In this document: one piece after another, positions 24,987 through 35,457 of the stretch | Position numbering within the stretch: the first letter of the stretch is position 1 | Layout of the letters: each line of letters starts with the position of its first letter | Source of the DNA: Zancudomyces culisetae HAW-14-8 | Taxonomy: Eukaryota; Fungi; Kickxellomycota | Assembly: GCA_052426225.1 (NCBI GenBank) | Contig: JBNJNM010000008.1 | Span: 1,612,001-1,676,000, forward strand | DNA: 64,000 bases | Reading direction: 5' to 3' | Notes under the pieces: model-generated | The model's database searches: none | The model's input: the letters and a program-made list of their open reading frames with translations, nothing else | Told to the model about the DNA's origin: nothing | Program-made: the position numbers and the translations under genes

Positions 24987-27900
24987 TTATGTCGAAGTAG
25001 TATATTTTTCAGATGTGAGTGGTGTAGCTTGTGTTGGTGAGTAATACTTTGATTCATAATATTTAGGTGTGTAATACTTTGATTTGTAATACTTTGATTC
25101 ATAATACTTTGATTTGTAATATTTTGGTGTGTAATATTTTGGTGTTGGTGCAGTATACTTCTTAGGTGTTGGTAATACAGCTTGTGTTGATAAGTAATAT
25201 ACGGAAACTGGTGTGGTATATTTTTCAGGTGTTGGTAATACAGCTTGTCTTGCAGCATAGTTTATTGAAGCTGGAGTGGTGTATTTCTCAGGGGTTGATA
25301 ATACGGCACGTCTTGGTGAGTAATATTTTGACTCATAATACTTTGACTTGTAATACTTTGGTGCACGGTATTTTGGTGTTGGTGAAGTATACCTCTTGGG
25401 TGTTGGTAATACAGCTTGTGTTGATGAATAATATATGGAAACTGGTGTGGTGTATTTCTCAGGTGTTGGTGATACAGCTCGTCTTGGTGAGTAATACTTT
25501 GATTCGTAATACTTTGACTTGTAATATTTTGGTGCACGGTATTTTGGTGTTGGAGCAGTATACTTCTTGGGCGTTGGTAATACAGCTTGTGTTGATGAAT
25601 AATATACGGAAACTGGTGTGGTATATTTTTCAGGTGTTGGTAATACAGCTTGTCTTGCAGCATAGTTTATTGAAGCTGGAGTGGTGTATTTCTCAGGGGT
25701 TGATAATACGGCACGTCTTGGTGAGTAATATTTTGACTCATAATACTTTGACTTGTAATACTTTGGTGCACGGTATTTTGGTGTTGGTGAAGTATACCTC
25801 TTGGGTGTTGGTAATACAGCTTGTGTTGATGAATAATATATGGAAACTGGTGTGGTGTATTTCTCAGGTGTTGGTGATACAGCTCGTCTTGGTGAGTAAT
25901 ACTTTGATTCATAATACTTTGACTTGTAATATTTTGGTGCACGGTATTTTGGTGTTGGAGCAGTATACTTCTTGGGCGTTGGTAATACAGCTTGTGTTGA
26001 TGAATAATATACGGAAACTGGTGTGGTATATTTTTCAGGTGTTGGTAATACAACTTGTCTTGCTGCATAGCTGATTGAAACTGGAGTGGTGTATTTTTCA
26101 GGTGTTGGTGATACAGCTCGTCTTGGTGAGTAATACTTTGATTCGTAATACTTTGACTTGTAATACTTTGGTGCACGGTATTTTGGTGTTGAAGCAGTAT
26201 ACTTCTTGGGCGTTGGTAATACAGCTTGTGTTGATGAATAATATACGGAAACTGGTGTGGTATATTTTTCAGGTGTTGGTAATACAGCTTGTCTTGCAGC
26301 ATAGTTTATTGAAGCTGGAGTGGTGTATTTCTCAGGGGTTGATAATACGGCACGTCTTGGTGAGTAATATTTTGACTCATAATACTTTGACTTGTAATAC
26401 TTTGGTGCACGGTATTTTGGTGTTGGTGAAGTATACCTCTTGGGTGTTGGTAATACAGCTTGTGTTGATGAATAATATATGGAAACTGGTGTGGTATATT
26501 TTTCAGGTGTTGGTAATACAGCTTGTCTTGCAGCATAGTTTATTGAAGCTGGAGTGGTGTATTTTTCAGGTGTTGGTGATACAGCTCGTCTTGGTGAGTA
26601 ATACTTTGATTCGTAATACTTTGACTTGTAATATTTTGGTGCACGGTATTTTGGTGTTGAAGCAGTATACTTCTTGGGCGTTGGTAATACAGCTTGTGTT
26701 GATGAATAATATACGGAAACTGGTGTGGTATATTTTTCAGGTGTTGGTAATACAGCTTGTCTTGCAGCATAGTTTATTGAAGCTGGAGTGGTGTATTTCT
26801 CAGGGGTTGATAATACGGCACGTCTTGGTGAGTAATATTTTGACTCATAATACTTTGACTTGTAATACTTTGGTGCACGGTATTTTGGTGTTGGTGAAGT
26901 ATACCTCTTGGGTGTTGGTAATACAGCTTGTGTTGATGAATAATATATGGAAACTGGTGTGGTGTATTTCTCAGGTGTTGGTGATACAGCTCGTCTTGGT
27001 GAGTAATACTTTGATTCGTAATACTTTGACTTGTAATATTTTGGTGCACGGTATTTTGGTGTTGGAGCAGTATACTTCTTGGGCGTTGGTAATACAGCTT
27101 GTGTTGATGAATAATATACGGAAACTGGTGTGGTATATTTTTCAGGTGTTGGTAATACAACTTGTCTTGCTGCATAGCTGATTGAAACTGGAGTGGTGTA
27201 TTTTTCAGGTGTTGGTGATACAGCTCGTCTTGGTGAGTAATACTTTGATTCGTAATACTTTGACTTGTAATACTTTGGTGCACGGTATTTTGGTGTTGGA
27301 GCAGTATACTTCTTGGGCGTTGGTAATACAGCTTGTGTTGATGAATAATATATGGAAACTGGTGTGGTATATTTTTCAGGTGTTGGTGATACAGCTCGTC
27401 TTGCAGCATAGTTTATTGAAGCTGGAGTGGTGTATTTCTCTAGTATCGGTGATACAGCTTGTGTTGGTGAGTAATACTTTGATTCGTAATACTTTGACTT
27501 GTAATATTTTGGTGCACGGTATTTTGGTGTTGGAGCAGTATACCTCTTGAGCGTTGGTAATACAGCTTGTGTTGATGAATAATATATGGAAACTGGTGTG
27601 GTGTATTTCTCAGGTGTTGGTGATACAGCTTGTCTTGCTGCATAGCTGATTGAAACTGGAGTGGTGTATTTTTCAGGGGTTGGTGATACAGCTCGTCTTG
27701 GTGAGTAATACTTTGATTCGTAATACTTTGATTCGTAATACTTTGACTTGTAATACTTTGACTTGTAATATTTTGGTGCACGGTATTTTGGTGCACGGTA
27801 TTTTGGTGTTGGAGCAGTATACCTCTCGGGTGTTGGTAATACAGCTTGTGTTGATGAATAATATATGGAAACTGGTGTGGTATATTTTTCAGGTGTTGGT

Positions 27901-28889
27901 AATACAGCTTGTCTTGCAGCATAGTTTATTGAAGCTGGAGTGGTGTATTTCTCAGGTGTTGATAATACGGCTCGTCTTGGTGAGTAATAGGTTGCTATCG
28001 GTGTATAGCTGTAGACCGGTGCCGAGGTATTATATCTTTGAGGAGTAGGTACTGTAGTTGATGTAGTAGGTGTATAATAGATAGCTGATAATGGAGATTG
28101 TGCTAGAGAGTAGTAAGTGGTTACTGATGATGTTAATACTGCTGATGGAACTGTTGAAATAGTACTGTAACTGCGAATACTTGCACTAGCCCCTCTCATG
28201 ACAGCCACTAGGGAGGAGCTAGTCACTTTTTGTTTTTGAGCTTTAGTTGTTTCTATTTCTTTACTTTTGCCTTCTTTTTTGGCTTTCGTATAATCTCTAA
28301 GCTTTCCAAGCCTATACAAGATAGAAAATTCTGACTTCATTCGGCTAAACACTGGATCCTCAAACAAACGTTTGACATTCCTATCCTTGGATAAAAGACA
28401 GTTCATACATTTTCTACACGATTTAAAGCACCTCCTCGGCTCAGTGCGGTTCAAATATGTATGAACAGTCAGCCCCTCACACTTTGTAGTACATTTTTCC
28501 ATACAAGTCTCTCTTTTTCTTCCACTGTAGTTACTACATTTTCTATAGCATTTATTTGTGCATTTGATTTTTTCCCGCTCTACTTTACACTTTAGATACC
28601 TTCTTCTACATTTGTCCATTTTAACATCATTGAAGTAGGAGAACATGTTTCCAAATCTACTTTCCTTTTTTTTTGTATCGCTTCCACTGGTATCCAATTG
28701 AGTCCACAACTGCTCCTTTTCCTGTTTTGTATCAAACGGCCTACTTACATGACCAGAAGTGACATCAAGAAGATCTGAGTTTTCCTCAAGGGCAGAGGAG
28801 ATGTCCTTGTTCTCTCTTTTTGCTGCAAGCGTAGCTCTTCCAAATACATTGATAACAAGTAAACACCATCCCAACCTCAAATGCTGCAT
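24987..28889 (-). CDS. Secreted 1300-aa Tyr/Lys/Pro/Thr/Ser-rich tandem-repeat protein with N-terminal Cys-rich domain
   Basis: Signal peptide, a 12-Cys CxxxC-rich block, then about 1000 aa of near-perfect repeats (PTPEKYTTP; PKYRAPKYYKSKYYESKYYS). Single long ORF. Confidence 0.9.
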   Translation of the reverse strand: MQHLRLGWCLLVINVFGRATLAAKRENKDISSALEENSDLLDVTSGHVSRPFDTKQEKEQLWTQLDTSGSDTKKKESRFGNMFSYFNDVKMDKCRRRYLKCKVEREKIKCTNKCYRKCSNYSGRKRETCMEKCTTKCEGLTVHTYLNRTEPRRCFKSCRKCMNCLLSKDRNVKRLFEDPVFSRMKSEFSILYRLGKLRDYTKAKKEGKSKEIETTKAQKQKVTSSSLVAVMRGASASIRSYSTISTVPSAVLTSSVTTYYSLAQSPLSAIYYTPTTSTTVPTPQRYNTSAPVYSYTPIATYYSPRRAVLSTPEKYTTPASINYAARQAVLPTPEKYTTPVSIYYSSTQAVLPTPERYTAPTPKYRAPKYRAPKYYKSKYYKSKYYESKYYESKYYSPRRAVSPTPEKYTTPVSISYAARQAVSPTPEKYTTPVSIYYSSTQAVLPTLKRYTAPTPKYRAPKYYKSKYYESKYYSPTQAVSPILEKYTTPASINYAARRAVSPTPEKYTTPVSIYYSSTQAVLPTPKKYTAPTPKYRAPKYYKSKYYESKYYSPRRAVSPTPEKYTTPVSISYAARQVVLPTPEKYTTPVSVYYSSTQAVLPTPKKYTAPTPKYRAPKYYKSKYYESKYYSPRRAVSPTPEKYTTPVSIYYSSTQAVLPTPKRYTSPTPKYRAPKYYKSKYYESKYYSPRRAVLSTPEKYTTPASINYAARQAVLPTPEKYTTPVSVYYSSTQAVLPTPKKYTASTPKYRAPKYYKSKYYESKYYSPRRAVSPTPEKYTTPASINYAARQAVLPTPEKYTTPVSIYYSSTQAVLPTPKRYTSPTPKYRAPKYYKSKYYESKYYSPRRAVLSTPEKYTTPASINYAARQAVLPTPEKYTTPVSVYYSSTQAVLPTPKKYTASTPKYRAPKYYKSKYYESKYYSPRRAVSPTPEKYTTPVSISYAARQVVLPTPEKYTTPVSVYYSSTQAVLPTPKKYTAPTPKYRAPKYYKSKYYESKYYSPRRAVSPTPEKYTTPVSIYYSSTQAVLPTPKRYTSPTPKYRAPKYYKSKYYESKYYSPRRAVLSTPEKYTTPASINYAARQAVLPTPEKYTTPVSVYYSSTQAVLPTPKKYTAPTPKYRAPKYYKSKYYESKYYSPRRAVSPTPEKYTTPVSIYYSSTQAVLPTPKRYTSPTPKYRAPKYYKSKYYESKYYSPRRAVLSTPEKYTTPASINYAARQAVLPTPEKYTTPVSVYYLSTQAVLPTPKKYTAPTPKYYTPKYYKSKYYESKYYKSKYYTPKYYESKYYSPTQATPLTSEKYTTST
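25000..27990 (-). repeat. Coding macrosatellite of 234-nt (78 aa) and 171-nt (57 aa) modules, about 13 KYYKSKYYESKYY blocks
   Basis: Stop codons in the alternative frames recur at 234-nt and 405-nt (234+171) spacing. Copies are nearly identical. Confidence 0.93.
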
Positions 28890-30213
28890 TTTTCTCTGTT
28901 TATTCTTTAATTATTGTAATAGTATTTAACGAATTAGCAAGTAGCAGCTATTAAAAAAATTTCAACTCTAAATTCGTAGGTTTGTATAGTCAATCTGACT
29001 TTTCATATATGCTAAAATGCTGAGTAAATATATTCAGCTGTTGCGAACTAACTTTAATAATTAATCGGAATTCAAATGTGATTTAAGGGTATTTATGTTG
29101 CTAAATAACTCTATGGTACTGTTGTTAGTATAAATAGTAGTTATCATTTGTTCTAGATGGATGTTCTAGCGCGTTATTCATATTTGCACTTACTCTGCTT
29201 CAAATATAATTTAGAAAATTAATATATATTCAATACTTTAGGAGCTTTGTCGCTGGCTTGGGTCAAAGAATATCGGCGGTTCTCGGTCGGATACTCAACT
29301 TCTACTGGCACAATATCACTAATTTTATTTTACAGGTAGCTTGACTATATTACAATTAAGGCTGGCGGCCTGGATCAAATGAATAAACGTAAAGATATAT
29401 AGCATTTTTTTACGTATTAGCTACTCCACACTAGTAGACTCATAGCTTCAATACACACATCCCAATTCAAAAGCTTTTTTTACCTACCTTTGCTTGGATT
29501 TTTATTTTCTTGACTTAACTTTGATCAAAAAAAATAAACGACGCCAAATACAGCCGCAAACAAGATGTTGCGCTTGTATGTTATTTAATAATAATTAACT
29601 CCTTAGCCTAACCTACCTAGGTCGTAAACGTATCTGTTAATATTTTATTTCCATTAAGCATAATTTATATCTCCATCATGTGTATATTGAAATTAATTTG
29701 TACTGAGAGAAATAATCCAAATCAGCTTTCTAGATTTTCAGTAAAAAGACTGGCCTCTACTTAATATACAATAATTATAAGGTGGCACAGGTACAGCTGA
29801 TACGCTAAAAATTAAAAATAAAATCTAAGCCCCACTAATAGCAATATGTTACACTCTACATTTCGCTAATTAATCAAGCTTTCAGCTGTTCACTCCCCCC
29901 CCCCCCTCTCCCACTTCCCTCTCGCGCTTATTTATTTTATATTGGGATGGGTAGATCCGGATCTTTATGTCTTAGATTATGATTCTCTAAACATGAGGAT
30001 GAGTATGTGATGATTAATCTACAAAATGAAAATAACTAGCAAAAAATGCACAAATATCCGGTCAATTCCAGTATTTCCAAGCAGCATTTAGATGGTCGTT
30101 TTTTCAATCTCATTACTTTGATACTATTTATTTTTAAACTCTACCAACAATAGATGGCAAAAGATGACCAATAAAATAAACATTTCTGAATTCATGTCAG
30201 CAACCTAAATAAA

Positions 30214-32334
30214 TTAACAGTGGGAAATCCACCATAGGGCGTTTGTCTTTGAATTTCCACTATCATGTTTCCTTATATGTTGTAAGTGATGACGAGCATA
30301 GCGTTTATTAACCAATGCACCCGCCATTAACATAAACTCCTTCCATTCATCACTTACCCCTGGGTTGTTTACTATTGTTCTTTCTTTAATTGTATGCCAT
30401 GCTTCCCTTATCCACTCCCTGTTGATCAAAGAGAATGTTATAGGGGTGAATGGCAGCATCTGTATTCCATAGATATACTCGGGTTTTTTACCAAACCAAG
30501 TTGTATACTGGGCACTTGAATCCCACAGTATTCCTACCATGTGGTTTTCAGCAAATGTCTCTGGATATATTTTACTTTTTCGCATAACTTGCCAATAGAA
30601 TTGCGCAGATCTGATTTCACTCGTCAGGAGGGTATTGAAAATATCTGCCTTCTCATCATCACATATAGCCAAAGCATATAGATATCCAGCATAATACGCA
30701 TTAACGGATTCTGAAGATGATTCAAGATTTCTATTCAGCTCGAATTCATATAGACCTGATGCCCATGAATGCCCATCATAAAAATCAAATGCTCTTACAA
30801 AGGGGAAATATCTGCTACTCTTGTTAAGATTCAGGTAATCTTTTTCAATAAACTTTAGTGCTCTTTTGTGTTCATTATACCAATCCTTTTGATTTTCTGA
30901 TAATTTTAATAACACTGCTGCTGCATACATGTAATAGCCATAATGGATATGATGATCATTATATCTTCCATTTCCAACGTCAACCCCATGGTTAGTTAAA
31001 CTGTCAAAAGTACACACTCCGCCCCATGTACTGTCGTACACGAGTTTGTTGTTTACTCTTGATTTTAACCAGTCAGTCAGTGCAGCTTTGATTGTTCTGA
31101 GCACTGCATTCTTTTTGCTGTGGTATCCAACTTCATCAGCAATCAGTGCTAATCTTGCTAACTTTGCCAGTTTTTTACCAACAAAGTATACTTGTTGGTC
31201 TTCCCTGTTTGGATTCAAACCCACTTCCTCTTCGTCTAATGCATCCTTAATTTCATCAACCATTCCACTGTCTTTTGGTAATTCTTCTGGATATCTAAAC
31301 TGGATTTTATTAAGTTGGGAGTCCTTAATTATCCATGTTTTGCCTAGTACTGGCCTCATTGGTCCCTTAATGGAATGAAAGTATCTCAAACCATTTACCC
31401 ACTTTGGATGTTCCAAAACATTATGATGATGTGGGAGTGTTAGCATGAGCAAGTAGTTTGCATTTTCTCCAAAGTTTACCTTGTATTTGTGTATGATTGT
31501 TCCTTTTTTAAATGAGACATCGGTAGATACAGGGACAACATTGGAATGTCTATTCAGAACCTTGTATGCCTCATTTACTTCATGTGTATTTAGTCTTCTA
31601 GAAACATATGCGAATCTGACATATCCTGAGTACATGTTTACAGATTTTATTTTACCATCTTCAAACTTAACCGGCATGCCATTTTTGGTAAAAATGTACC
31701 AGATATCTCCATTTCCTAGCTTTATCTCGTGGCTTTTATCATGTGGATCGCTTTTAACATGAATTATCTGCCCAGCAACATATTCAAATTGTGGAAAGGC
31801 ATCGATATATCTTAAACTGAAGTAAGGCGATCCCTTTACAAATGGAACGTGCATATGACCACTTTTTGCTTCATCAGTTACCCATTGGAATGTCATGCTC
31901 ATGTCATCATATCTTAGTATTTTTCTTCCTGAAAATCCTTCTGTGGTTCCGGCATTCCAATAGTCTTGTTTTGTGTAAAATACTCCATCGTTATAGGTAT
32001 CACGTTTGGGATACCAGAAACTTACACCACCCTCATATCCGCTAGCAATGTATGGATGCACACCAATCGGATTTTTACCCTCTCCGATCAGCATGTTAAT
32101 CCACCAAGCGTTTGTAGGGTATGGTGCTTTGATATCGCCCCATAATTCACACGGCTTGTAGTTGTTGATGGTCCTTTTAAATGGTAGGTGGCATTTTGAA
32201 TGTCTTTTGGATATATGTGTCACATCAGTGTTGTTGATGTAGTGGTAATAGTTATCCTCGCTTATAAAAGGGTTTAAAGTGAGCGCAAGGCGCGAAAAAA
32301 GGGATAAACCTAATAGTATCTTTTTTTTATACAT
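30214..32334 (-). CDS. Secreted endo-1,3-beta-glucanase, glycoside hydrolase family 81
   Basis: Motifs PYPTNAWW, VKGSPY, YFVGKKLAKLARL, YDSTWGG, YNDHHIHYGY, FDFYDGHSWASG, NLESSSESVN and GIQMLPFTP. Signal peptide present. Intronless. Confidence 0.95.
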   Translation of the reverse strand: MYKKKILLGLSLFSRLALTLNPFISEDNYYHYINNTDVTHISKRHSKCHLPFKRTINNYKPCELWGDIKAPYPTNAWWINMLIGEGKNPIGVHPYIASGYEGGVSFWYPKRDTYNDGVFYTKQDYWNAGTTEGFSGRKILRYDDMSMTFQWVTDEAKSGHMHVPFVKGSPYFSLRYIDAFPQFEYVAGQIIHVKSDPHDKSHEIKLGNGDIWYIFTKNGMPVKFEDGKIKSVNMYSGYVRFAYVSRRLNTHEVNEAYKVLNRHSNVVPVSTDVSFKKGTIIHKYKVNFGENANYLLMLTLPHHHNVLEHPKWVNGLRYFHSIKGPMRPVLGKTWIIKDSQLNKIQFRYPEELPKDSGMVDEIKDALDEEEVGLNPNREDQQVYFVGKKLAKLARLALIADEVGYHSKKNAVLRTIKAALTDWLKSRVNNKLVYDSTWGGVCTFDSLTNHGVDVGNGRYNDHHIHYGYYMYAAAVLLKLSENQKDWYNEHKRALKFIEKDYLNLNKSSRYFPFVRAFDFYDGHSWASGLYEFELNRNLESSSESVNAYYAGYLYALAICDDEKADIFNTLLTSEIRSAQFYWQVMRKSKIYPETFAENHMVGILWDSSAQYTTWFGKKPEYIYGIQMLPFTPITFSLINREWIREAWHTIKERTIVNNPGVSDEWKEFMLMAGALVNKRYARHHLQHIRKHDSGNSKTNALWWISHC

Positions 32335-35300
32335 TTTCTTTTTTTTTTAAAAAAAACTCTTGGAGCCAGGTTGGCTTTAGGAAATGTTATAAAGTTGGTT
32401 CAATGTAGAGAAATGTAGAGAAATGTAATTATTTATATATCTAAATACTTGAGCAAGGTCTTCTCGTTTTACGAAAAAGTAAATAGTAAACAAAACTAGA
32501 AACACAATAATAAAAATAAATGCACAGAAAAAAATATATAAGGGATAAAGGTATTGCTAGCTCAATGCATATAATATACTCAAAATCAAACTGGTAAGAA
32601 TAGTTTTTTTTATATAAGATTGTATGGTAAATATTTTATATATCCGTTTTATACATATATACAGCAAATAATAAAAAAGGAAAAACACTCTTGTTTTTTA
32701 GGCGTTTGTGGTTGCAAGAAAGGTGATATATATTAAAAATAAACATATCATATAATAACCTGAATAAGCTGAACCACCATTCGCTTTGGTTTATAGTTTT
32801 AATATACATACTTGAAAGTATATTTACTTGTCACTTTCCTCCTTCGCTCCCCAAGTGTCACATTCGAACCCATTTTTTATTATAATAAAAGTAAAAACGG
32901 GAATATACATGTTTATCAGTCTCATCACTTTTTTATTTATCTGTGAGATCCTCGACTCTATTGCTTTCAGTACCATCTCAAGCAACATCAAATATTTGTG
33001 GTATACATCTAAACGTTTATACGATATTAAAGTGGTTTCTGGTATTGCCCATCTGTGGCTTAGACAGATTTTAATATCAACCAGGTTTTAGATACCCAAC
33101 AGCAATAACTGTGTTGGTTCAGTGATCCAAGCCGGTTAACACAACATAATTTTGTCATTTACGCTGTGATTGGAGTTTGGTGGGGACAAAAAATCAGTGT
33201 CATAGTATATATCCGATTACTAGTCACTTAATATTTGTTCCTGTAAAATGCAAAAGCTTTATATTAAAAAACAGGTCTATAAATTTAAACATGGCCACTA
33301 AATAAAATACCTAAACTGTTGCAATTAAATTTCGGTAATACATTGTCTTTTGCAGAATCGTTTATGGGTATTGCAACTCATGTATTTGACATGAAGATAA
33401 TCCTGGAGATGGTACCAAAATGCTTGAGATATGCTAGAAAATTTTTTTTGTAGGGCCGGTTTTTAGGTATTTGTGTATTCTTGGGAAGGGTAAGGGGTCT
33501 TATTTTTTTGTGTAAGGTATGTTTAATTACAAAATACAATCAATACGTCAAAAACGGACATAATGATATATTTTAAGGTTGTAGCCAACGGGCATCAGCA
33601 ATAATGGTCACTGACCCTTAGTATTTAGTCACGCATCTATTATTTTTTAAGAAGATGCTCAGCTAGCAAGCTATTGTTTAAAAACAAAAAAGAGAAAATT
33701 TGTGTTACGTTAAGAGAAAGGTAGTGTGGCCATATCTTCCAACCATCTAACATAAAAGGTCACTTGATATATAATTTTGTTTTGTCTTTAGCAACACATC
33801 TTGTAATGCTATGTGTGGTGTGGGCGAATCAAGCATTACGGAAAAGCAAAATGTTTTTGGATCATTTTCGTGTTTCCCAACAAAATAATACAAGGGGGGA
33901 GCATAGTTGTTACTTTTTTAGCCCAGTTGTTTTGGTTTGGATTTTTTATTTTAGGCAATTTGATTTTGGATGTAGCATTTGGTTGGATGCGCATTTTAAT
34001 ATTGAATCTGGCTGAGCTATAAAAATATCCACAAAGAAAATTCATTAATAACGCCAATCCCAATCCAGGTTTCGCTTAATTTGCAACTTTTTTCCTTTAA
34101 TTTTCGTTGTGAATAAGGAAACTTCGAGTTGGATTTTATAGGAAAAGAAAATACATCGCCAAAACAATCGTTTGGTGTGAAAATGTGTGTTGTTGACCGT
34201 TTTCATGTGCTTTTCACCATTTTTGGCTTACTAGTGTTATATGGTTTTTCTTTCTCAACACAAAAACAAAAAACAAGGCGGGTATAAGTAAAATGTGAGT
34301 GTGGTTGGTGTATACTACCACCTCGCCGGATTATTTTACACATGAATAAGATATTTTGTACAGTTATTTCCATTCAGTGCTACTGCAACAATCCAACTTT
34401 GATTGTACGACTTGTTTTTTTTGGTCAAAATTTGACAGTTCAGTTCAAAAGTGTTATCACTAATTCTGAGCAACTATCTCAATAATAATTCATCTGCAAA
34501 GCGACACCTATTAATGCAAGAAAAGCTTGTATTGTTGTCAATTGGCGAAAGTGTCCAAGAGAGAAATCTCCATTTATCTTTCATTACATAAGGGGATACC
34601 CTTTGCTGTTAATTTTACCACAATACATCGGGTTAGTGAGTGGATTTCTATAAAGGCCACGCGTGCACAAATTTGATGAGGAGTTGCGTAATCCCCAAAT
34701 AATGACAAAAATATGCCTCATTGGTACATATTTTTGGGGTTATGCTGCTATCATGAGGGATAAAAATGGTGACGACAATGAAAAATAATTTGTGTAAAAT
34801 AATTTGTTTTGGTGTACCGCAACTGGGTTAGAATTTTCATACATTTTTCTTCTTCTAATTGTATGCGCAGATTTCGATTATCCAAACAAATGCGCCAAAA
34901 CCTAAGACAACAACAAAAAAAAGTGGAATTTTGCCAACACTTGAGGCAGTTTAGGTGTCGCGAATTACTCGATTTATTAGAAAGTTCATTGGGCAAATCT
35001 CGGATTTAGAAGTTGAGGAGAACCCATGACAGCCAAGTTTGCACATTGTGAAACACCAACCAAACCACTGCTCAAAAAAAAAGTACCAGTAATTTACGCG
35101 TCCAATCAACTTCACACTGAAGGATTTCCAAAGAAAGTGGTGAATAGCTTTTTAAGTTCAAGGGTTTGTTGGGATAAGTACTGTTAATGATGGATATAGG
35201 TTTTTAATTGCGTTAAAATATAATATTGGGGATCTGTCCATACTTTTCGATATTTTTATTTTAACAGATCCGTAGTAGTATTAGGTAATCGAAAGAATCG

Positions 35301-35457
35301 AAAGAAGTACGGTAAACCAACCACCGAACTGAGATAGTAGGAAAAAAAAATGAAAACTTGAAGAAAGCCCTTATTTATGTGTACCATCCTCTCTTTTTTT
35401 CTTCTTTTTCGCTTAGGCTTGTTATAGTTCTGGTAGATAGACACTAATATAGAAATA

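Noticed and set aside
24923-28048. Long antisense and alternate-frame ORFs across the macrosatellite
   Set aside because: By-products of tandem repetition. Only the 1300-aa frame is continuous and has a signal peptide.
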